Shown: positions 55,274 to 63,877, counted from the first letter of the stretch. The stretch is DNA of 64,000 bases from Clostridia bacterium (GCA_017451295.1 JAFSPW010000110.1:40213-104212), one strand, 5' to 3'. The notes: generated from the letters alone by a model not told the origin. Numbers and translations: made by a program.

Positions 55274-56011
55274 ATGGAACGCATCACCAGCCGCACCAAC
55301 CCCCGGGTTCAGCTCGCCCGCTCGCTGCGGGAGGGGAAGCACCGGCGGCAGACGGGTCTGCACTTTGTGGAAGGGGACAAGCTCGTGCAGGAAGCCCGGC
55401 TCTCCGGGGCGGAGCTTATGACCGTGTTTGTCCGGGAAGGCTATACGGGGGAGCTGGACTTCCCCTGCGAGGTGCTGCTGGTGACAGATTCCGTCATGGA
55501 GTCCCTGTGCCTCTCCAACACACCCCAGGCCCTGTGCGCCACGGTGAAGACCCCGGCGCTGTCCCTGCCTGAACAGATGGCGGGTCCCGTGCTTCTCTTG
55601 GAGGATTTGCAGGACCCGGGCAATGTGGGCACCCTTATCCGCACGGCGGATGCTCTGGGCGCCGGGTGCGTCATCCTGTCCCCCCGGTGTGCGGACCCCT
55701 TCTCACCCAAGACCCTTCGCTCCTCCATGGGCTCCGTATATCACCTGCCGGTGTGGGTGGGTGAGATTCCCGAAGCGCTGCAGCTGCTCAGGGACCGGGG
55801 CTATACCTGCCTGTGCGGGCATTTGAAGGGCAGCGAAACCCTGCCCGAGAAGACGGACAAAATGGCCCTGCTGGTGGGGAACGAGGGCAACGGGGTCAGC
55901 GACCGGGCCGCCGCCCTCTGCTACACCTATCGGCTCCCCATGGCGGGTAAGGCCGAATCCTTGAACGCCGCCGTCTTCGGCGCCATATTGCTCTACGAGC
56001 TCACCCGATAA
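55274..56011 (+). CDS. TrmH-family (SpoU) RNA 2'-O-methyltransferase
   Basis: ITSRTNPRVQ N-terminal substrate domain, LEDLQDPGNVGTLIRTADA, LLVGNEGNGVS, SLNAAV SPOUT motifs. Start moved to ATG 55274 after AGGAGG. Confidence 0.8.
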   Translation: MERITSRTNPRVQLARSLREGKHRRQTGLHFVEGDKLVQEARLSGAELMTVFVREGYTGELDFPCEVLLVTDSVMESLCLSNTPQALCATVKTPALSLPEQMAGPVLLLEDLQDPGNVGTLIRTADALGAGCVILSPRCADPFSPKTLRSSMGSVYHLPVWVGEIPEALQLLRDRGYTCLCGHLKGSETLPEKTDKMALLVGNEGNGVSDRAAALCYTYRLPMAGKAESLNAAVFGAILLYELTR

Positions 56012-56125
56012 ACCCTCCAGCTTCCTATATGTAATGCACTCCCCCGTATTGACTTTTCAGGGGGAGTGTGTTACTTTGTCTATAGGATTATTTAGCATCC
56101 TAATTGATTATAGGAGGAACCATCC

Positions 56126-57616
56126 ATGAAGGTGAAACTGGCGGCTGCGGCTTTGGTCGCTGCCTTGCTTTTGGGCTGCACGGCCCAGGTGACCACGACG
56201 CCCCAGCAGCAGCAGGCGGAGCAGACAGCAACGACCGCCCCAGCCACGGCGGTGCAGGAAACGGCTCAGCCGGTCGAAACGGCGCTCCCGTACCCCAGGT
56301 TTAGGAGCGTGCCGGTCCACGACCCCTCCGTGATGCGGACGGCGGACGGCACCTATTACATCTACGGCAGCCACATGGCCGCCGCCAAGTCAACGGATTT
56401 AATACAGTGGGAGCTTATCTCCCGGGATGCCGGTCGGGGCTGCACGCTGGTAGAGAACGTGCAGCAGCAGATGCAGGAGGCCCTGTCCTGGGCCCAGACC
56501 AACACCTTCTGGGCGCCGTGCGTCATTGAGCTACAGGACGGCCGCTACTATATGTACTACTGCACCTGCCGGGGGGACAGTCCCCTGTCTGCCCTGGGCC
56601 TGGCGGTGGCAGACAGTCCCGAGGGACCCTTTGAAAACAAGGGCATCTTTTTGAAGTCCGGCATGGAGGGCTACGATGCCACCTACTACCCCAACGTGGT
56701 GGACCCCCACGCCTTCTTTGACAAGGAGGGGCGGCTGTGGATGGTCTACGGCTCCTATTCCGGGGGCATCTTCATTTTAGAGATGGACCAGCAGACCGGC
56801 TTCCCCCTGGAAGGCCAGGAGCCCTACGGCAAAAAGCTGCTGGGAAAGAACCATTCCCGCATCGAAGCGCCCTACATGGTCTATAGTCCCGAGACGGACT
56901 ACTACTACCTGTTCCTGTCCTTCGGGGGCTTGGAGGCCGGGGACGGATACAACATCCGGGTGTGCCGCAGCAAGAACCCGGACGGACCCTTCGAGGATGC
57001 CAAGGGGCAGGATATGATTAATTGCGGCGGTTCCGACGGCAGCTATTTCAACGACCCGGACTATGCGGGCTACGGCACCAAGGTCATGGGGAGCTATGTG
57101 TTCCATGAGGCCAATGACGGCTGGGAGGGAGACACCCTCCTCTCCCCCGGCCACAACAGTGTGTATTACGATGAGCAGACCGGGGACTACTTCTTGATTT
57201 TCCACACCCGCTTCGGCCACAAGTGGGGCTATGAAGTATATGTACACCGGCTGTTTATCAACGAGGACGGCTGGTTCGTCTGCTCCCCCACCCGCTATGC
57301 CGGTGAAACGGTGCAGCCTGTGGCGGCAGCGGACAGAGCCGGTGCCTATCGGCTGCTGTGCCACGAGCTGGACATCAACGGCCAGCCCCACGAGTCCGTG
57401 TACGCCGCCTTGGAAGCGGACGGCACCGTCACCGGCGGCTACAGCGGCACCTGGACCGCCGCAGAGGACGGGCGCTTTACCATTACCCTGGGAGAGGATA
57501 CCTACACGGGGGTCATGAACCTGGGCTACGACGAAAGCCAGGGGGAATGGGTCACGGTGTTCACCGCCATGGACAAGGACGGCATCAGCCTCTGGGGCAT
57601 TCGGGACCATCAATAA
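56126..57616 (+). CDS. Glycoside hydrolase family 43 lipoprotein (arabinanase/xylosidase-like)
   Basis: Lipobox LLLGC. VHDPSVMRTADGTYYIYGSH, WAPCVIE..YYMYY and IEAPYMV are GH43 five-bladed-propeller catalytic motifs. A C-terminal beta-sandwich-like domain follows. Confidence 0.8.
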   Translation: MKVKLAAAALVAALLLGCTAQVTTTPQQQQAEQTATTAPATAVQETAQPVETALPYPRFRSVPVHDPSVMRTADGTYYIYGSHMAAAKSTDLIQWELISRDAGRGCTLVENVQQQMQEALSWAQTNTFWAPCVIELQDGRYYMYYCTCRGDSPLSALGLAVADSPEGPFENKGIFLKSGMEGYDATYYPNVVDPHAFFDKEGRLWMVYGSYSGGIFILEMDQQTGFPLEGQEPYGKKLLGKNHSRIEAPYMVYSPETDYYYLFLSFGGLEAGDGYNIRVCRSKNPDGPFEDAKGQDMINCGGSDGSYFNDPDYAGYGTKVMGSYVFHEANDGWEGDTLLSPGHNSVYYDEQTGDYFLIFHTRFGHKWGYEVYVHRLFINEDGWFVCSPTRYAGETVQPVAAADRAGAYRLLCHELDINGQPHESVYAALEADGTVTGGYSGTWTAAEDGRFTITLGEDTYTGVMNLGYDESQGEWVTVFTAMDKDGISLWGIRDHQ

Positions 57617-57630
57617 AGCATAGACAGCAA

Positions 57631-57670
57631 AGCACCCGGTTCCTGCTTGGAGCCGGGTGCTTATTTTTTG
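57631..57670 (+). terminator. Intrinsic terminator of the GH43 gene
   Basis: AGCACCCGG-ttcctgcttggag-CCGGGTGCT followed by TATTTTTTG. Confidence 0.7.
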
Positions 57671-57682
57671 TTTATTTTTTGT

Positions 57683-57849
57683 TTATACTAATCCGCGTCT
57701 AAAACATGTGCAGTCGGCGAGCAAATTCTGCGTTGGTTCCATGAGGAGAATCGCAGATTGACTGGGAACCGTCAATCAAGATTTGACGAAGCAGAACCGG
57801 CACAGAAGGTGCCGCCCAATGTGCATGGGTTAGGCGTGGATTAGTATTA
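57683..57849. other. About 165-nt hairpin-dense element bounded by imperfect 17-nt inverted repeats
   Basis: TTATACTAATCCGCGTC (57683-57699) versus the reverse complement of GGCGTGGATTAGTATTA (57833-57849), 14/17. The interior carries four 6-7-bp stems, three of which interleave. Confidence 0.4.
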
Positions 57850-57852
57850 CTA

Positions 57853-58860
57853 TCAGAGCAGGAGAATCCCTGCCTGCCGGCAGGCGGAGCGGGTGTCCGG
57901 GTCCCAAAGGCTGCTTTGGACCTCGCCGATGTGGCAGGTGCCAATCATGAGCATGCAGAGCCGGCTTTGGCCGATGCCGCCGCCCATGGTCAGGGGCAGT
58001 TCCCCATTGAGAAGCATCTGGTGGAAGGGCAGCTGCCGCCGCTCGGTGCAATGGGCCGCCTCCAACTGCCGCTCCAAAGCCGGGGCATCCACCCGAATGC
58101 CCATGGAGGAAATCTCCAGGGCGCAGGAGAGGGTGTCGTCCCACATGAGAATGTCCCCGTTCATGGTCCAATCGTCATAGTCCGGGGCTCGGCCGTCATG
58201 GGGCTTTCCATCCCGCAGAGCGCCGCCAATCTGGGACAGGAACACGGTCTTATGCAGCCGGGTAATCTCGTTCTCCCGCTGCTTGGGGGTCAAATCCGGG
58301 TACAAGTCCGCCAGGTCCTGGGTGCTGATGAAGAACACCTCCCGGCTTAGCTTCATGGGCAGGCTCGGAAAGGCCACGCACAGGGCATCGGCGGTTTCGC
58401 ACACGGCATCCACAATGGCCCGGACCGTTCGCTGCAGGGTGTCCTCGTTGCGCTCCTCGGGCCGGATAATCTTCTCCCAATCCCATTGGTCCACATAGAT
58501 GGAGTGGAGGTTGTCGAGGCTCTCGTCCCGGCGGATGGCGTTCATGTCCGTAAAGAGGCCCTTGCCCGGCCGGAACCCATAGCGCTTGAGGGCGAGCCGC
58601 TTCCACTTAGCCAGGGAATGGACCACCTGGGCATCCGCCTCGGCGGCGGGAATATCGAAGCTGACCGGCCGTTCATAGCCGTTCAAATCGTCGTTGAGGC
58701 CGGAGCCGGACTGCACGAACAGCGGGGCCGACACCCGGCGCAGGTTCAGTGCGCTGCCCAGATTCATCTGGAAGCTGCTCTTGATAAACTCAATGACCCG
58801 CTGCATCTCATACACGGATAAGGGGGCCCGATAGCCTTCGGGAATGATAATACTGCTCAT
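57853..58860 (-). CDS. asnA: Aspartate--ammonia ligase
   Basis: IIPEGYRAPLSVYEMQRVIEFIKSSF...SAPLF...GGGIGQSRLCM is the AsnA (class II aaRS-like) signature. Start moved to ATG 58860 after GGAGAGGAA. Confidence 0.88.
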   Translation of the reverse strand: MSSIIIPEGYRAPLSVYEMQRVIEFIKSSFQMNLGSALNLRRVSAPLFVQSGSGLNDDLNGYERPVSFDIPAAEADAQVVHSLAKWKRLALKRYGFRPGKGLFTDMNAIRRDESLDNLHSIYVDQWDWEKIIRPEERNEDTLQRTVRAIVDAVCETADALCVAFPSLPMKLSREVFFISTQDLADLYPDLTPKQRENEITRLHKTVFLSQIGGALRDGKPHDGRAPDYDDWTMNGDILMWDDTLSCALEISSMGIRVDAPALERQLEAAHCTERRQLPFHQMLLNGELPLTMGGGIGQSRLCMLMIGTCHIGEVQSSLWDPDTRSACRQAGILLL

Positions 58861-58889
58861 GGTTCCTCTCCGATTCAATCTATTTGCTA

Positions 58890-58918
58890 AATATAATATA
58901 TAAGTTCTTTCTTGTCAA
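58890..58918 (-). promoter_or_regulatory. Sigma-A-type promoter of asnA
   Basis: Minus strand: TTGACA (58913-58918), 17-nt spacer, TATATT (58890-58895). Confidence 0.55.
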
Positions 58919-58992
58919 TCGGTTTTCGGGCCGGGTTGCGCCTTTGGCCCCGCTGTGGTAGAATGCGGGTACTACGATGGGAGGTTAGGGGT

Positions 58993-59868
58993 ATGAATGC
59001 ATCGTTCATCCGCGCCCAGCTGCAGAAGCTGAAATACAAGCAGGAGCCCCTGCAGGTGGAGCGCATGGGTCAGGATGTGGCCGGGGCGCTGCTGCAGCGG
59101 GACAGGCTGAAGCTCGACACGGAGGAAATCTCCTTCTCCCATGCCAAGGGGGCTCTGCTGACGGATAAGAAGACGGATGCCGCCGGGGCCATCCTGTATC
59201 TGCACGGCGGCGGCTACTGCTGCGGGGACTTGGTCTATGCCTGCGGCTATGGCTCGGTACTCGCGGCGGACACGGGGGCGGCGGTGCTGTGCCTGGCGTA
59301 TCGGCTGGCGCCGGAGTGTCCGTTTCCCCAGGGGCTGGAGGATGTGCTGGAAGCCTATCAATGGCTGCTACATCGCTATGCCCCCGAGAAGATCGCCGTG
59401 GCCGGAGAGAGCGCCGGCGGCGGGCTGGTGTTTGCGCTGTGCCTATTGTGCAAGGAAAGAAACCTGCCCCTGCCCGGCGGGCTGTTGGCTCTGTCCCCCT
59501 GGACGGACATCACCCAGACCGGACCCTCCTATATCTTCAATCAGGAGGCGGACCCCTCCATGACCCGGGAGCATCTCAACCGCTTTGCCGAGGCGTATGT
59601 GCCCCGGGAGGAGGAACGGACGAGTCCCCTCTGCTCCCCGGTGTATGGGGATGTGCGTGGGTTCCCTCCCTGCCGCATCTATGTGGGGGAGAATGAAATC
59701 ATGCTCAGCGACTCACGGCGCATGGCAGAGGCTCTGCAAACCGCGGGCTGTGACTGCCGGCTTACCGTGGCCCCGGGCATGTGGCACGGGTATGTGCTCT
59801 ATGACCTGAAGGAACGGCGGCAGGACAAGGCCGCCATCGCCGCCTTCTTGCGGGAGGTTACGGCATGA
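58993..59868 (+). CDS. Alpha/beta hydrolase, family IV (HSL-like) esterase/lipase
   Basis: LHGGGY oxyanion motif, GESAGG nucleophile elbow and a late His (WHGY). Start moved to ATG 58993. Confidence 0.8.
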   Translation: MNASFIRAQLQKLKYKQEPLQVERMGQDVAGALLQRDRLKLDTEEISFSHAKGALLTDKKTDAAGAILYLHGGGYCCGDLVYACGYGSVLAADTGAAVLCLAYRLAPECPFPQGLEDVLEAYQWLLHRYAPEKIAVAGESAGGGLVFALCLLCKERNLPLPGGLLALSPWTDITQTGPSYIFNQEADPSMTREHLNRFAEAYVPREEERTSPLCSPVYGDVRGFPPCRIYVGENEIMLSDSRRMAEALQTAGCDCRLTVAPGMWHGYVLYDLKERRQDKAAIAAFLREVTA

Positions 59869-61139
59869 GCAGCAAGGGGTGGATGCCGCTGGACAATGCG
59901 GCGCTAATCTTCCCCGCCATCCGCCGCAAGAAGTGGAACAATGTCTTTCGCCAGTCCGTCACGCTGCAGGAGGATATTGACCCCCAGCTGTTGCAGCAGG
60001 CGGTGGATGAATTGATGCCCCGGTTCCCCTCCTTCTATGTGCGGCTGCGGCAGGGCATGTTCTGGTACTATCTGCAGCAGGTGGATGCCCCGCCCCGGGT
60101 GGCGGAGGATTATGCCTATCCCCTGACGTTCATGACAAAAAAGGAGATGGGGCGCTGCTGTCTTCGGGTGCTGTACTATAAAAACCGGCTGGCGGTGGAG
60201 TTTTTTCATGCCCTAAGCGACGGGGGCGGGGCGCTGATGTTCACGAAGACCTTGGCGGCCAAATACATCTCCCTTCGCTACGGGGTGAGTATTCCCCCTA
60301 CGGACGGGGTGCTGGATGCCAGTCTGCCGCCCCAAAAGGAGGAGTTGGAGGACAGCTTTCAGAAGCACGCCGCCCCCTTTGCGGCCTACTGCCCGGAGGC
60401 GGAAGCCTATCATCTGCCGGGTAAGCGGGTGCTGGGGTCCTTCCTGCACCTTATTACCGGGGTGATTCCGGCGGACAGGCTCCACGATGTGGCCAGGAGC
60501 TATGGGGTCACCGTCACCGTCTTTTTATCGGCGGTGATGGCCGAGAGCATAGTAGCGATGCAGGACCAGCGGGTGCCCTTGAAGCGGCAGAAGCAGGTGA
60601 AAATCACCATCCCGGTGGACCTGAGGCGGGTGTTTCATAGCCGGACCCTTCGCAACTTTGCCCTCACCGTGAATCCGGGGGTGGACCCTCGCCTGGGGAC
60701 CTACACCTTGCAGGAGATTTGTGAGAGCTTTTCCCACCAGCTGTCAGCGGAGAACACGCCCCAACGCATGGCGGGGCGGATTGCCCAGAATGTGGTGCCG
60801 CAAAAGAACCCGCTGCTCAAGGGCGTGCCGGTCATCATCAAGAGCCCGGTGATGCGGGCGGTGTATAACCGCCGGGGGGAGAAGCTGGGGTGCTTGAACA
60901 TCTCCAACCTGGGGGTGGCCCGTCTGCCGGAGGCCATGGCGCCCTTTGTGGAGCGAATGGAGTTTATCATCGGCGTTCAATACTCCTATCCCAACAACTG
61001 CTCCGTCATCACCTGCAACGGCGTCACCTGCATCAACATCATCCGCAGCACGCAGGAGCCGGAGCTCGAACGGCGGTTTTTCTCCCGGCTGGTGGAGCTG
61101 GGGGTGCCGGTTAGAATTGAAAGCAATCAGGAGGAATAG
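59865..61139 (+). CDS. HxxxDG acyltransferase (condensation/WS-DGAT/alcohol-acetyltransferase-like superfamily)
   Basis: FFHALSDGGG active-site motif about 130 aa in. N-terminal WMPLDNAALIFPA. 424 aa, two-lobed size typical of the superfamily. ATGA overlap with the esterase gene. Confidence 0.55.
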   Translation: MSSKGWMPLDNAALIFPAIRRKKWNNVFRQSVTLQEDIDPQLLQQAVDELMPRFPSFYVRLRQGMFWYYLQQVDAPPRVAEDYAYPLTFMTKKEMGRCCLRVLYYKNRLAVEFFHALSDGGGALMFTKTLAAKYISLRYGVSIPPTDGVLDASLPPQKEELEDSFQKHAAPFAAYCPEAEAYHLPGKRVLGSFLHLITGVIPADRLHDVARSYGVTVTVFLSAVMAESIVAMQDQRVPLKRQKQVKITIPVDLRRVFHSRTLRNFALTVNPGVDPRLGTYTLQEICESFSHQLSAENTPQRMAGRIAQNVVPQKNPLLKGVPVIIKSPVMRAVYNRRGEKLGCLNISNLGVARLPEAMAPFVERMEFIIGVQYSYPNNCSVITCNGVTCINIIRSTQEPELERRFFSRLVELGVPVRIESNQEE

Positions 61140-61144
61140 AGGCC

Positions 61145-61834
61145 ATGTACTGTGTAAAATGCGGCGTACAGCTGCCGGAGGGTGCAAAAAAATGTCCCCT
61201 GTGCAGCACCCCGGTGTGGTGCCCGGACACGAAAGCGGAGCCTGCCTCCACCTATTCGGACCGGTATCCCATCATCAGCCGTCAGCGGCGGATTACGGTT
61301 ATGTCCCTTATCACCGTGGCCCTATTGGCGGCCATGGTGGCCTGTCTTTCCATCTGCCTGCACATCACCGGCAAGGTGGGCTGGTCCGCCTATGTGCTTT
61401 CTGGCTGCCTGTGCTTTTATACGGTGTGCCTGCTGCCCTTCTGGTTCAAGCGGCCCCATCCCATGGTGTTCGTGCCCGTGGCCTTCGGGGCTGCCCTGGC
61501 CCTGCTGCTGTTCATCAACTGGTACACCGGCGGCCACTGGTTCTGGCCCTTTGCCTTCCCGGTGACCATGATTGTGGCGGCGTTGACCATCGGTGCGCTG
61601 GCCCTCTACCGCTATGTGAAGGGGGGCACCCTGTTCATCACCGGCGGGCTGCTCATGGCTTTGGGCGGTGCCTGCATGCTCATTGAGCTGTTTACCCATC
61701 TGGTGTTCTCTGCTCCCATGTTCGGCTGGTCCCTCTACGGGGCAGTGGTCTTCGGCATCTTCGGCGGCTTCCTTATCCTGTCGGGCATCATCCGTCCCCT
61801 GCGGGAGCATTTGGAACGGACCTTCTTCATCTGA
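61145..61834 (+). CDS. Zinc-ribbon-anchored polytopic membrane protein
   Basis: YCVKCGVQLPEGAKKCPLCSTPV (CxxC...CxxC) followed by about 5 TM helices. Starts 5 nt after the acyltransferase stop. Confidence 0.55.
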   Translation: MYCVKCGVQLPEGAKKCPLCSTPVWCPDTKAEPASTYSDRYPIISRQRRITVMSLITVALLAAMVACLSICLHITGKVGWSAYVLSGCLCFYTVCLLPFWFKRPHPMVFVPVAFGAALALLLFINWYTGGHWFWPFAFPVTMIVAALTIGALALYRYVKGGTLFITGGLLMALGGACMLIELFTHLVFSAPMFGWSLYGAVVFGIFGGFLILSGIIRPLREHLERTFFI

Positions 61835-61940
61835 TGAAAAAGCGGCCGCCCCTCCTCCATGTATGACGGTCATGACTGTCTGTAAGTTTAGGAAATGCCC
61901 GTCAAGGCCGTCATGGCCGCAGACAGGAGGGATGCAAAAA

Positions 61941-61995
61941 GGCCGTTAAGAAAGCCTGTCACAGCAAGGTGACGGTTTTTGCTTTCTTAACGGCC
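61941..61995. terminator. Long bidirectional hairpin between convergent genes
   Basis: GGCCGTTAAGAAAGC (61941-61955) pairs with GCTTTCTTAACGGCC (61981-61995). An inner hairpin CTGTCAC/GTGACGG and a TTTTT tract lie inside; AAAAA precedes the stem. Confidence 0.65.
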
Positions 61996-62013
61996 CGTTG
62001 TGTTTGTGCGGGG

Positions 62014-62397
62014 TTATGCTTCTGCGGGTGCCTTGGGGTCGGGACCATAGGCATTAGCGCCCTGCTCACCGGCGCGGCAGTACCACACCAGTATGAAAAT
62101 CCAGCCCACCAGGGGAATGAGCCAGAAGAACCAATAGCCGCCGGACTTGCCAATGTCGTGCAGCCGCCGCCAAGCCACGGCCAGACCCGGAATCAGCGTC
62201 GCCAGAGAATAGAGACCGGCCAAGCTGTCCAGCAGGGTAGACATAGCGCCCTGACCGGCCGCCCTTCCCAGAATACCCAGGGCAGCGCTGACAAGGAAGT
62301 TGAACAGGAAGAAATACCAATACTCGCTGCGCCGGGCACGGCCGCTGAAATTGGCATAGTTCTGGAAACAATTCTTGACTGCGTCCATCATAGTCAT
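62014..62397 (-). CDS. DUF805 (YhaH/YhaI-like) inner-membrane protein
   Basis: NYANFSGRARRSEYWYFFLFNFLV and AVAWRRLHDIGKSGGYWF are DUF805 hallmarks. Start moved to ATG 62397 after AAGGAGAGG. Confidence 0.75.
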   Translation of the reverse strand: MTMMDAVKNCFQNYANFSGRARRSEYWYFFLFNFLVSAALGILGRAAGQGAMSTLLDSLAGLYSLATLIPGLAVAWRRLHDIGKSGGYWFFWLIPLVGWIFILVWYCRAGEQGANAYGPDPKAPAEA

Positions 62398-62613
62398 ACA
62401 ATCATACCTCTCCTTTTCTGCGTTGGGTTCCTTTTGAACCGTGAGATTAGTATACGCCACGAATCGGCATTTTGCAACCACTATATAGCATTCACGGAAT
62501 ATGCCGCTGTTGAAAGTTGGAAGGCGGTATGGTACTATAGATGCACTGCAAAAAAGGATGGGGTGTCTATCTTCATAGAGACTGTTATCAGTCTTGAATT
62601 GTCAAGTCAAGTG

Positions 62614-62650
62614 CAAAAAAACAGGAGAGAAGGAACCCCTTCTCTCCTGT
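62614..62650 (-). terminator. Intrinsic terminator (probably the ancestral rubrerythrin terminator)
   Basis: ACAGGAGAGAAGG-aacc-CCTTCTCTCCTGT with a 7-nt T-tract on the minus strand. Lies 14 nt beyond the rubrerythrin 3' remnant. Confidence 0.65.
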
Positions 62651-62663
62651 TCGTTCATAGGAT

Positions 62664-62714
62664 TTAGCCGAAGTACCGCCTGAGGAAACCTGCAAAGGTC
62701 TTGCCGTGGCGGGT
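62664..62714 (-). pseudogene. Duplicated 3' end of the rubrerythrin gene (remnant)
   Basis: The minus strand reads ...RHGKTFAGFLRRYFG-stop versus ...RHGKAFAGLLKRYFGE-stop at the end of the intact gene (63332-63385). About 50 nt aligned with about 5 mismatches and one 3-nt indel. Confidence 0.6.
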
Positions 62715-62740
62715 GACTGTTGGCAATAACCTGGCGGCGT

Positions 62741-63025
62741 CTAAACCCGGCCGCAGGCATCGGCGCCCGTCGGGCCGGTCACGCTGTCCTCATACAGCCA
62801 TTGGGGATCGATATCGATATCATCCGGCCATGTCACGCAGCCATTCTGAACGAAAACCTGCGCCCGAAACGCCGAATCCTTCAGGCGCATATAGCACTTT
62901 CGTTCCAGCAGGGGGGTCAGGTCAAAGAAACGCTCCTCCCCATTGGAAAAGTGAACGGCCAGCGAATACTCATCGCAGAGTGAAACATCGACTGCATCAG
63001 GCGGCAGCATTCGCACTTTTGTCAC
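62741..63025 (-). CDS. DUF2442 family protein
   Basis: Small protein (VDVSLCDEYSLAVHFSNGEERFFDLTPLL...VTWPDDIDIDPQWLY) matching the DUF2442 pattern. Always paired with DUF4160 in my experience. Start ambiguous: GTG 63025, GTG 63016 or ATG 63010. Confidence 0.6.
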   Translation of the reverse strand: MTKVRMLPPDAVDVSLCDEYSLAVHFSNGEERFFDLTPLLERKCYMRLKDSAFRAQVFVQNGCVTWPDDIDIDPQWLYEDSVTGPTGADACGRV

Positions 63026-63026
63026 C

Positions 63027-63293
63027 TCACTTGAGGGGCTCAATCTTGTAAGGCATTTCATCCTGCATGGCCAGCTCCCAGTTTGCCCGGAGCTCGTCCT
63101 GATGAATCAGTGTCCATGCCTTCACAATCGATGCCTGCTTAGACGGCAAAGAGCCGGCGATGATTTCCCCATCGAAATCCACCTCTGCTTTGCTGTCGCC
63201 GTACCGCGCATGAAAGTGAGGCGTGTGATGCTGTCCGGTCTTTTCCCAGTACATGGAAATGATTATTCCGTAAAACATCGAGATCGTCGGCAC
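63027..63293 (-). CDS. DUF4160 family protein
   Basis: PTISMFYGIIISMYWEKTGQHHTPHFHARYGDSKAEVDFDGEIIAGSLPSKQ is the DUF4160 signature. GTG 63293 lies 9 nt after AAAGGAGG. Confidence 0.7.
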   Translation of the reverse strand: MPTISMFYGIIISMYWEKTGQHHTPHFHARYGDSKAEVDFDGEIIAGSLPSKQASIVKAWTLIHQDELRANWELAMQDEMPYKIEPLK

Positions 63294-63331
63294 GCTACAC
63301 GCCTCCTTTCATTTGTTAAGTGCTGCAGAAA

Positions 63332-63877
63332 TTACTCCCCGAAGTACCGCTTGAGGAGACCTGCAAAGGCCTTGCCATGGCGGGCTTCGTCACGACCGAT
63401 TTCGTGGACGGCGTCATGGATGGCATCGAGGTTGAGGGCCTTAGCGCGCTTAGCTAAGTCTGCCCGGCCCTGGGTGGCGCCGTATTCGGCCTCGGCCCTT
63501 AGCTCCAGATTCTTCTTGGTGGAGTCGGTGAGGCACTCGCCCAAAAGCTCGGCAAACTGGGCGGCGTGGACGGCCTCTTCCATGGCGGCCTTTTCAAAGA
63601 AAGCGCCGATTTCGGGATAGCCCTCCCGGATGGCCACCCGGCTCATGGCCAGGTACATGCCCACCTCGGAGCACTCGCCGTTGAACATGCTGCGAAGACC
63701 TTCGATGATGTCTTCCGGTGCGCCCTGCGCCACGCCCAGCACATGCTCGGCGGCCCAGACCTTGTCTTCCTTCTGCTCGATGAACTTGGATGCGGGGGCC
63801 TTGCAGACCGGGCACTTCTCCGGTGCGGCATCTCCTTCATAGATATACCCACAGACGCTGCATACAAACTTTGCCAT
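63332..63877 (-). CDS. Reverse rubrerythrin (N-terminal rubredoxin domain + C-terminal ferritin-like diiron domain)
   Basis: CSVCGYIY...CPVCKAP rubredoxin centre at the N-terminus. ExxH diiron motifs (EEAVHAAQF, DEARHGKAF) lie in the four-helix bundle. Confidence 0.85.
   Translation of the reverse strand: MAKFVCSVCGYIYEGDAAPEKCPVCKAPASKFIEQKEDKVWAAEHVLGVAQGAPEDIIEGLRSMFNGECSEVGMYLAMSRVAIREGYPEIGAFFEKAAMEEAVHAAQFAELLGECLTDSTKKNLELRAEAEYGATQGRADLAKRAKALNLDAIHDAVHEIGRDEARHGKAFAGLLKRYFGE

Noticed and set aside
57699-57944. 81-aa minus-strand ORF overlapping the structured element and the asnA 3' end
   Set aside because: It is out of frame with asnA, has no RBS and a low-complexity translation. 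The region is better described as non-coding structure.
62701-63051. 116-aa plus-strand ORF across the DUF2442 region
   Set aside because: It is antisense to the DUF2442 gene and Arg/Pro/Ser/Gly-rich. The DUF4160/DUF2442 pair with RBS and coupled starts explains the coding signal.
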